Assembly (NCBI GenBank): GCA_905235205.1
Contig: CAJOKM010000001.1
Coordinates: 1 to 63,721, forward strand
DNA length: 63,721 nt
Direction: 5' to 3'
DNA from: an uncultured Clostridia bacterium
GTDB lineage: Bacteria > Bacillota > Clostridia > Christensenellales > CAG-138
A model generated the notes under the pieces. The model had not been told where the DNA came from and ran no database searches. It saw nothing but the letters and a program-made list of their open reading frames with translations. Positions 21,244-28,398 of this stretch are shown here, in pieces. The translations under genes were made by a program, and so were the position numbers. Positions within the stretch are counted from its first letter, which is position 1; every line of letters starts with the position of its first letter.

Positions 21244-24200
21244 ATGGAACAGAAACTGAATTATGTGATCGGATTGGACATTGGCATCGGATCGGTCGGC
21301 TGGGCGGCAATCAATCTGGATAAACGCCGCATAGAGGATTTCGGCGTTCGCCTGTTTGACTCAGGAGAAGATACAAGGCAGAAAGAGCGAAAAAGCCAAC
21401 AACGCCGCGGATATCGCTCTGCGCGTCGGCTCGTCCGCCGCCGTGCGCACAGGACCGTACGCTTAAGGCAACTGTTCGACAAAATAGGGCTTGTGTCCGC
21501 AGATGTGCTTGATCGGTATTATCAGAACCCGACAGCAAATCCTTTGGAACTGCGCGTACGAGGGCTGACGGATAAGCTTTCGCCTGCAGAGCTCGCCGCT
21601 GCGCTGTTGCACATTGGAAAGCATCGCGGCTTTAATGAATTCTATTCTTTGCATGATGAGGAAAAGAAATTGCTCTCGAAAGACGAAAAAAATGATCTCA
21701 CCAGAGCGGAAGCATACGAAACGCTTAAGAAGTCTATGCCCGATATGACTCCGGCGCAGCTGTATCTTTCTCACCCGATGTTTATGTCGGAGTTCGGCGT
21801 ACGGTATCGCAACACAAAGAAGCAGGATGAAAGCAAAAAGGTGCTTGTCCCGAGATCGGAAATCGAGAAGGAAACGCACCGCATCTGCGAAAAGCAGGCG
21901 GCATTTTATCCGTGTCTTACGGAACAGAATCGTGAAAAGATCTATGAAATTCTGTTCCGCCAACGTGATTTTGAAGATGGTCCGGGCGATCCGAATGATG
22001 AAACGAGGCCGTACAAGGGCTTTTTGGAAACGATCGGAAACTGTCGGTTTTATCCGGAGCTGAAGCGCGGCGCAAGGCAATCCGTACTCGGCGATCTGTT
22101 TGTATTGATCAATCGTCTGTCACAGAATCGTTATTTTAACGCGGAAACCGGAGAGGTCGTTGATTCCGCCGACGCGTATCGTGAAATCATCGAGAAGGCG
22201 TTGCTGAGCGGATCGCTGGAAATAAAGGAAGCAGAAAAGATCCTGAAGCGCTATGGGACCGAAATGCTGAATACAAACGACAAGTCGGCGGATTCTCCGA
22301 ATCGCTGCCTTGCGTTTATACGAATGATCAAGCCGATTCTTGAGAAAAACGGATTTATCTGGGAGGATATCATCCGTGCTGAGTATCCGTTCGCGCCGTA
22401 CCGTGAGGATTCTTTTTTGAATCAGGTCGGAAAGATTCTTTCTGAAAACCGCACACCGCAGAGACGGGTTAATCTGCTGAAACAAGCGGGGATATCGGAC
22501 GCTGTTGCTAAAGCGCTTGCAAATCGCAAAACGAGCGGAACGGTCAGCGTCAGCAATCGATACATGCTCGAAGCGGTTGAAGCGTTTATGAACGGGGAAC
22601 TGTTCGGCGCTTATAATGCCCGCAGAGAAAAGGAACTGCTTGCCGAGACGCGCGCTGCAAAGAAGTATAAAAAGCTGCCGCCGATCGAGGAAGGCGATTA
22701 TATCGATAACCCTGTCGTGTTCCGCAGCATCAATGAAACGCGCAAAGTCCTTAACGCTGTTATAGAGAAATATGGTTCGCCGAATGCGATCAACATCGAG
22801 ATTGCAGCGGAATTATCCCGGACGTTTGATGAACGGGATCGCATGAACCGCGAAAAAACAAGGAATGAGAAAGAGAACAAGCGGCTGCAGGAACAGATCG
22901 CAGAGTTGCTTCATACAAAGGACGAGATCATGCCGACGCAGGTCGAACGCTATCGTCTCGGAGAATCACAGGGATGGAAGTGCCCATACTGCGGCGCGTC
23001 GATTGTGATGGAAACTGCGATCCGGAGGGATGATCATTCCTATGAGATCGATCATATCATTCCGTATTCGTTGATCCTCGACAATACGCTGCATAACAAG
23101 GTTCTTGTCCATCACGGCTGCAATCAGGCGAAGGGGCAGCGAACGCCGTTGATGTATCTCGGAAATGACGCGGCAAAGAAGGCCGATTTTGTGAAATGGG
23201 TGAATGCTGCATTCAATAAAGATTGCGTTTCCAAACGAAAACGCGAGTATCTTCTGCAGCCTGATTTGAATGATGAACGGATGCATGATTGGAAAACGCG
23301 CAATCTGAACGATACACGGTATATCGCAAAATATCTTGTCCGCTATCTGAACGAGAATCTGTTGTTCGATTCCGAGGAAAAGACCAATGTGTACGCCGTG
23401 AAAGGCGCGATCACCTCGCAGCTGCGCCGCGTGTGGCTGAACAAGGAAACATGGGGCTGCGAGGACAAGACGGGTCTTCGTAAGGAAAGCAATCTGCACC
23501 ACGCGGTCGACGCGGTTGTAATTGCAAATTGCATGCCGGGTTATATCGAACTTGCCGAAGAAGCGCTGCGGCTGCGGAGAATGTATCACGAGGAGGGAAA
23601 GCGCGAAACGGAGAAATGGACTGCCGTGCTGAACAACGCTGTTGACCGACTGTATCGGTATTATTGCATGCCGAAGGTGTATGCGGAACAGATGCTGCGC
23701 AATATCAAGCGGATCCCGTCGTTCATTCCGAACCTGCGCGAGGAGGTCGACACCCGGTTCTGCGGTTGCGGGCTTGAAAACGAAGCGGGTTACCGCTCCA
23801 AAATCCGCACATTCTATCGTGATGATCCTGCGTTTGCAGCTCAGATTCGCATGCCGCTTGTTTCATACAAGCCGAACAGGAAAGCAACCGGAAAGGTCAC
23901 GGCCGATAAAGCGGTGAAAAAAGGTGCATCGCAGGGCTTGCTGGTTAAGAAGATCGCGGAAGACAATACGACAACGTTGGATGATGCAAGCTACTACTGC
24001 ACGGAAGTGTATCGCAGAAAGGACGGAACGCTCGGCCTTCGCGGAATCCGGTATTCAATGCTGAAAAAGATGCAGGGTAAAATAGTCCTTGCAGATACGC
24101 TGCAGGAAGATTATGCAACGCATGAAGTGTATCTGTTCAAGAACGATTATATTAGGATTTACGATAAAAATAATAAGATCAAGTTTGAAGGTTATTATTT

Positions 24201-24384
24201 GTCCGTCTATGATATGAAAGCGCAGAGAATATACACGGCAGATCGAACCAAGGGCCGAAATGAAAAATCCATGGGCATCTTAAAAAACGATCGGGTGGAA
24301 AAACTGGACGTGTCGATCCTCGGTGATCTCGGAGGAATTGTGCCATGTGGAAAACCATTCTTGTCGGAAATGACGCGATCCTGA
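21244..24384 (+). CDS. cas9: Cas9, compact type II-C-like (1046 aa)
   Basis: ATG at 21244 with SD AAGGAG. RuvC-I IGLDIGIGSVGWA. Arg-rich bridge helix RRGYRSARRLVRRRAHR. HNH YEIDHIIPYS...LHNKVLV...CNQAKGQRTP. RuvC-III NLHHAVDAVVIAN. Only cas1 and cas2 follow (no csn2 or cas4). Confidence 0.97.
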   Translation: MEQKLNYVIGLDIGIGSVGWAAINLDKRRIEDFGVRLFDSGEDTRQKERKSQQRRGYRSARRLVRRRAHRTVRLRQLFDKIGLVSADVLDRYYQNPTANPLELRVRGLTDKLSPAELAAALLHIGKHRGFNEFYSLHDEEKKLLSKDEKNDLTRAEAYETLKKSMPDMTPAQLYLSHPMFMSEFGVRYRNTKKQDESKKVLVPRSEIEKETHRICEKQAAFYPCLTEQNREKIYEILFRQRDFEDGPGDPNDETRPYKGFLETIGNCRFYPELKRGARQSVLGDLFVLINRLSQNRYFNAETGEVVDSADAYREIIEKALLSGSLEIKEAEKILKRYGTEMLNTNDKSADSPNRCLAFIRMIKPILEKNGFIWEDIIRAEYPFAPYREDSFLNQVGKILSENRTPQRRVNLLKQAGISDAVAKALANRKTSGTVSVSNRYMLEAVEAFMNGELFGAYNARREKELLAETRAAKKYKKLPPIEEGDYIDNPVVFRSINETRKVLNAVIEKYGSPNAINIEIAAELSRTFDERDRMNREKTRNEKENKRLQEQIAELLHTKDEIMPTQVERYRLGESQGWKCPYCGASIVMETAIRRDDHSYEIDHIIPYSLILDNTLHNKVLVHHGCNQAKGQRTPLMYLGNDAAKKADFVKWVNAAFNKDCVSKRKREYLLQPDLNDERMHDWKTRNLNDTRYIAKYLVRYLNENLLFDSEEKTNVYAVKGAITSQLRRVWLNKETWGCEDKTGLRKESNLHHAVDAVVIANCMPGYIELAEEALRLRRMYHEEGKRETEKWTAVLNNAVDRLYRYYCMPKVYAEQMLRNIKRIPSFIPNLREEVDTRFCGCGLENEAGYRSKIRTFYRDDPAFAAQIRMPLVSYKPNRKATGKVTADKAVKKGASQGLLVKKIAEDNTTTLDDASYYCTEVYRRKDGTLGLRGIRYSMLKKMQGKIVLADTLQEDYATHEVYLFKNDYIRIYDKNNKIKFEGYYLSVYDMKAQRIYTADRTKGRNEKSMGILKNDRVEKLDVSILGDLGGIVPCGKPFLSEMTRS

Positions 24385-25262
24385 CGGTCGAAACCGGCTG
24401 GCTCTGCGTCAGCCGGCCGGACAAGCTGACGCGGATTCCGATCGAGGACGTGTATTCCGTTGTGATCGACGATCCGCGCTGCAGGATCAGCGCGGCAAGC
24501 ATGAATGCTCTTACGCAAAGCGGAGCGCATATCATCCTTTGCGACGAGAAGCATCTTCCGGCGACGCTGGTGCTTCCTCTTGCACGGCATTATAGGGCGG
24601 ATGCGGTTTTGAAAGAGCAGATTGCGCTCCCGGAAAACGTCAGGGACGAACTTTGGGCTGCTGTCGTTCGGGCAAAAATCAAAAATCAGATCACGGTACT
24701 AAAGCTTTGCGGTGTTCCTGCTGAAAGATGGAGCGATATCCCGCAATATGCGGATATCGTCCTTTCCGGTGATAAAAGAAATGCGGAAGCAACAGTTGCA
24801 AGAAAGTATTTCCGCGCGCTGTTCGGTTCGGTGTTTCGCCGTACAGACGAGGACGTTACAAACGCCGCTTTGAATTACGGATATGCGATCATGCGCTCTG
24901 CGATGGCGAAATCGCTGGCAGCATACGGTCTGAACTGCGCCCTGGGGATCCACCATACGGGAGAAGGGAATGCATTTCATCTTGCGGACGACCTGATGGA
25001 ACCGCTGCGCCCCTTGGTTGATTACTGGACGGATTCACATATAGATGAGCTGTTTGATACTCTGACGGCTTCCAATCGCAGGAATCTGATCGATCTTGTG
25101 AATCGTACGGTTCTGTTCGACGGAAAAAGAATGCGTGTTCGCTACGCGATCGATCTGTACGCATCTTCGCTTGCAAGGGCAATACGCGAACAGAAAGAGG
25201 AGTGCCTGAAGTTTCCCGAACTCCTGGCATTGGATGTGCCTCCGGAGGACGAGGGAGAATGA
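24345..25262 (+). CDS. cas1: Cas1 integrase
   Basis: SD GGAGGA at 24331-24336. Overlaps the cas9 3' end by 40 nt. Motifs NYGYAIMRS, GIHHTGEGNAFHLADDLMEPLRP. Confidence 0.95.
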   Translation: MWKTILVGNDAILTVETGWLCVSRPDKLTRIPIEDVYSVVIDDPRCRISAASMNALTQSGAHIILCDEKHLPATLVLPLARHYRADAVLKEQIALPENVRDELWAAVVRAKIKNQITVLKLCGVPAERWSDIPQYADIVLSGDKRNAEATVARKYFRALFGSVFRRTDEDVTNAALNYGYAIMRSAMAKSLAAYGLNCALGIHHTGEGNAFHLADDLMEPLRPLVDYWTDSHIDELFDTLTASNRRNLIDLVNRTVLFDGKRMRVRYAIDLYASSLARAIREQKEECLKFPELLALDVPPEDEGE

Positions 25263-25582
25263 TAAATCGATTTATGCGGGTGATGGTTTTTTTCGATTTG
25301 CCGGTGAATACGGCAAAGAAACGAAGGGAGTATACGCAGTTTCGACGTTATCTGATTCAGGACGGTTATTTCATGCTCCAGTATTCGGTATACGCCCGAA
25401 CGGTGCGAAACAGGGATGACGCAGAAAGTCACATCGCAAAACTGAAATCGGCGCTGCCGCCGGAAGGATCGGTTCGTGCTTTGCTTGTAACCGAGAAACA
25501 GTACGAAAACATGCGTGTTTTATTGGGAGATCGCTATGCGGAAGAAGCATATCTTGACTCAACCGATTTACTGGAGTTATAA
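25259..25582 (+). CDS. cas2: Cas2
   Basis: ATGA overlap with the cas1 stop. MRVMVFFDLPVNTAKKRREYTQFRRYLIQDGYFMLQYSVYAR is the typical Cas2 beta1-alpha1-beta2 pattern. Confidence 0.93.
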   Translation: MINRFMRVMVFFDLPVNTAKKRREYTQFRRYLIQDGYFMLQYSVYARTVRNRDDAESHIAKLKSALPPEGSVRALLVTEKQYENMRVLLGDRYAEEAYLDSTDLLEL

Positions 25583-25616
25583 TACTTGTGGCAGAAGGCC
25601 GGGAAATACCAAAAAA

Positions 25617-25636
25617 CCGCAAGATGTTGCGGTTTT
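25617..25636. terminator. Small bidirectional hairpin between cas2 and the first repeat
   Basis: AAAAAA-CCGCAA-gatg-TTGCGG-TTTT. The 3' G and the U-tract belong to repeat 1. On the minus strand the hairpin is followed by U6. Confidence 0.35.
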
Positions 25637-26918
25637 GGGCCTCTGATGGATGTTGATAAACTGATACCAATTTAGGGAGGTTTCGGATCAATGCGCGTTT
25701 TGGGCCTCTGATGGATGTTGATAAACTGATACCAAGCACAGACGAGACCGTCGTCGTCCGCGGTTTTGGGCCTCTGATGGATGTTGATAAACTGATACTG
25801 TTGGTACGAAAACATACCCGTGCCTAATGTTTTGGGCCTCTGATGGATGTTGATAAACTGATACAACCGTTGCAGTGTTTCGTCATCGTCCATGGTTTTG
25901 GGCCTCTGATGGATGTTGATAAACTGATACGTGCCAGCCTGTGCGGTGCCGACCTGTGCGGTTTTGGGCCTCTGATGGATGTTGATAAACTGATACACAT
26001 TAGATACATGCCGTATTCCGTGTCAAGTTTTGGGCCTCTGATGGATGTTGATAAACTGATACAGTATTCGTCCTCTCCTTCTTCTTCCATCAGTTTTGGG
26101 CCTCTGATGGATGTTGATAAACTGATACACTTGTACAGAATCCGGTCATAGTCTTTGGTTTTGGGCCTCTGATGGATGTTGATAAACTGATACACGGTTG
26201 ACGGACAGAATATCAACGTGTTTGTTTTGGGCCTCTGATGGATGTTGATAAACTGATACCGACCAATGCGTCCGTCGTTGTTACATACTGTTTTGGGCCT
26301 CTGATGGATGTTGATAAACTGATACATCAAGCGCAAGATTGCCGTTTTGCAATTTGTTTTGGGCCTCTGATGGATGTTGATAAACTGATACCAGCAAAGC
26401 CGGAACCTTTGCTTTCGGCTCGTTTTGGGCCTCTGATGGATGTTGATAAACTGATACTGTATTTCACGATTAGAGTCGTTGTGATTAGTTTTGGGCCTCT
26501 GATGGATGTTGATAAACTGATACTGCGACAATTGCAGACGAATTGTTCTCTCGTTTTGGGCCTCTGATGGATGTTGATAAACTGATACGCAGGTCTTCGC
26601 ATCCCGGAAAACATGACCGTTTTGGGCCTCTGATGGATGTTGATAAACTGATACTCAAAGCGCTAAGGGTCAAGTCTCACGACTGTTTTGGGCCTCTGAT
26701 GGATGTTGATAAACTGATACTACAACTTAGTCGGCACTACAGTTCGACCAGTTTTGGGCCTCTGATGGATGTTGATAAACTGATACTCATGAACTTGAAA
26801 CCCTCTTTGATCGCGTGTTTTGGGCCTCTGATGGATGTTGATAAACTGATACTGGTGCTGTCATTTGCTTGTCCATCTCGTCGTTTTGGGCCTCTGATGG
26901 ATGTTGATAAACTGATAC
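25632..26918 (+). CRISPR. CRISPR array, 20 identical 36-nt repeats, 19 spacers (29-30 nt)
   Basis: Repeat GTTTTGGGCCTCTGATGGATGTTGATAAACTGATAC starts at 25632, 25697, 25763, 25829, 25895, 25961, 26027, 26093, 26158, 26224, 26290, 26356, 26422, 26488, 26553, 26619, 26685, 26751, 26817 and 26883. The plus orientation follows from the GTTTT 5' end and from complementarity to the minus-strand tracrRNA. Confidence 0.98.
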
Positions 26919-27021
26919 CGGCGCAATGAACGAATTCTTGCGCACCTGCTCGATACGCCTTCTTGCGTCATCCAGGACCGCTGTGGAATAGCGAATCATA
27001 AAACCCTCCGTCGACTCGATG

Positions 27022-27035
27022 CGTAATCGTTTACC
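27022..27035. promoter_or_regulatory. Candidate LacI/GalR-type operator (near-palindrome of GGTAAACGTTTACC)
   Basis: CGTAATCGTTTACC: perfect right half-site, 5/7 left half-site, central CG. Confidence 0.35.
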
Positions 27036-27077
27036 TATGTTGTACCGCATCTCGGAAAACTGTCAAGCATCTGTTTG

Positions 27078-27091
27078 GGTAAACGATTGAC
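27078..27091. promoter_or_regulatory. Candidate LacI/GalR-type operator overlapping the -35
   Basis: GGTAAACGATTGAC: perfect left half-site. Overlaps TTGACT at 27087-27092. Confidence 0.35.
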
Positions 27092-27115
27092 TTTCCGGCG
27101 GCGGTGTGCTACCAT
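27087..27115 (+). promoter_or_regulatory. Candidate promoter of the YgjV-like/YesL-like genes
   Basis: TTGACT, 17-nt spacer, TACCAT. ATG at 27140 with SD GGAGGAAG. Confidence 0.45.
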
Positions 27116-27139
27116 CCAACCGAAGCGGAGGAAGTTTAC

Positions 27140-27679
27140 ATGCGGATTGCGGCACAGATCATCGGATATATTGCAGTTGCGGAAAACGTGCTGATCTACA
27201 TCAGCAACCGCAGGGAACGGATTCTGCTGTTCAAGTTTATCTCCGATGCGATGTGGCTCGTAAACTACCTTCTGATGGGAGGCTTCACCGGCGCGGCGCT
27301 CAACGGCGCCGCCATGACGCGCGAAGCCGTCTTTTCGGTGCGCGATCGATACCGCTGAGCGGGGGCGAAGTGGATCCCGGCGCTGTTCCTTTTGCTGACG
27401 TGGATCTCGCCTGTGCTGGAATGGGTGAGAGCCGGCGCGTTCAGTTGGCAGCCGCTGCTGCCGGCATTCGGAAGCATGATCTTTGTGCTCGGCTTTTATG
27501 CGCGAAGGACCATGCTCACAAAGGTAACTTCGCTGTTCGGGAACGCGCTTTGGCTGACCTATGCCCTGCTGCTGTCGAACTGGGCGGGCGCGGTCGGAAA
27601 CATTCTGATGCTGATCTCCGCCGGAATCGGGATCGTGCGCAAGCGCATGCCGAAGGCGCAGAAGGAGGGCGAGGCATGA
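27140..27679 (+). pseudogene. YgjV-like inner-membrane protein gene interrupted by one in-frame TGA (27356-27358), or two half-size genes
   Basis: ORFs 27140-27358 and 27392-27679 are in the same frame, and the intervening codons (AGAKWIPALFLL) are hydrophobic and continuous. Both halves look like 3-TM units of the YgjV family (from memory). Confidence 0.45.
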
Positions 27680-28302
27680 AACTGCCGAAAAAACGCATGT
27701 CCGAAAAACGCATCCGCCTGATGGCGCTGCTGCAGAAGATCACGGATTTTCTTCTGATCGGGCTGATCAGTCTGGTCTGCTCGCTGCCGATTGTCACGCT
27801 CGGCGCTGCCGCCGCTGCATTCTATACGGTCGGCGTCGCGATGCTCCGCGGGGAAGAGGGCTCAGTCTACAAGGACTATTTTGCTGGATTCAAGGCGCAG
27901 TTTCGGCATGTGACTCCGACGTGGCTGGTGCTTTTGCTGCTGCAAATCCTTGTGGCGGCCAACGCGGTTTTCTATTTTTATCTGGCGTCAAACGGTGCGG
28001 CATGGGCGCAGTTCGGGCTCGGCGTTTGCGTGATCGCGGCGCTGGCGCTGTCGTTTTCCGGCGCTTTTGTATTTCCGATTATGGCAAAGAACGATGATCT
28101 GAGAGGGATCGATGCCGTAAAGGTCTCCTGTTTTCTCGCAGGGAAGCAGTTTGGTTGGTGGCTTCTGAAGACCGTCGTTCAGGCGGCACTGTTTGCTTTG
28201 ATCTGGTTTTTCCCGTTTCTGATTATTCTTGTGCCCGGCATATTGCTGTTTACGAACAGCTATTGCTATAATCGCGCGTTTTTGCGGCAGTTTCCAAAAT
28301 AA
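27676..28302 (+). CDS. YesL/DUF624-family membrane protein
   Basis: Internal ATG at 27676 (ATGA overlap with the upstream stop). The N-terminal MKLPKKRMSEKRIRLMALLQKITDFLLIGLISLVCSLPIVTLGAA pattern is that of DUF624 proteins usually linked to sugar ABC loci. Confidence 0.75.
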   Translation: MKLPKKRMSEKRIRLMALLQKITDFLLIGLISLVCSLPIVTLGAAAAAFYTVGVAMLRGEEGSVYKDYFAGFKAQFRHVTPTWLVLLLLQILVAANAVFYFYLASNGAAWAQFGLGVCVIAALALSFSGAFVFPIMAKNDDLRGIDAVKVSCFLAGKQFGWWLLKTVVQAALFALIWFFPFLIILVPGILLFTNSYCYNRAFLRQFPK

Positions 28303-28326
28303 TCTGCCGGAAGCTGCAAATACCAT

Positions 28327-28355
28327 TTGACACATTGCCTGTTGTTGCGTAAAAT
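28327..28355 (+). promoter_or_regulatory. Strong sigma70-type promoter of the first ABC operon
   Basis: TTGACA (28327-28332), 17-nt spacer, TAAAAT (28350-28355). Confidence 0.55.
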
Positions 28356-28363
28356 ATACGTAA

Positions 28364-28377
28364 AGAAAACGTTTACC
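28364..28377. promoter_or_regulatory. Candidate LacI/GalR-type operator just downstream of the predicted TSS
   Basis: AGAAAACGTTTACC (AAACGTTT perfect core palindrome), followed by a second partial site TAAACGAT at 28378-28385. Confidence 0.4.
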
Positions 28378-28398
28378 TAAACGATAGAGAAGGTGCTT

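Noticed and set aside
20888-21310. 140-aa minus-strand ORF spanning the amylase-cas9 intergenic region
   Set aside because: It overlaps the tracrRNA and the cas9 start and contains repeat-derived peptide (YQFINIHQRP). It has no SD and low-complexity composition.
25672-27050. Many ORFs on both strands inside the CRISPR array (e.g. 25824-26531, 26543-26929) with repeating peptides YQFINIHQRPKT / FGPLMDVDKLI
   Set aside because: They are translations of the 36-nt repeat in different frames. The periodicity equals the repeat-spacer unit, so this is not coding.
27356-27358. In-frame TGA as selenocysteine or programmed read-through
   Set aside because: No SECIS-like hairpin is seen directly downstream, and a membrane-helix context is implausible for Sec. 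A nonsense mutation or two genes is more parsimonious.
27106-27675. N-terminal 190 codons of the 398-aa ORF 27106-28302
   Set aside because: It is out of frame with and overlaps the YgjV-like gene, and its translation is Arg/Ala/Gly-rich. The genuine YesL-like protein starts at the ATG at 27676, coupled to the upstream stop.
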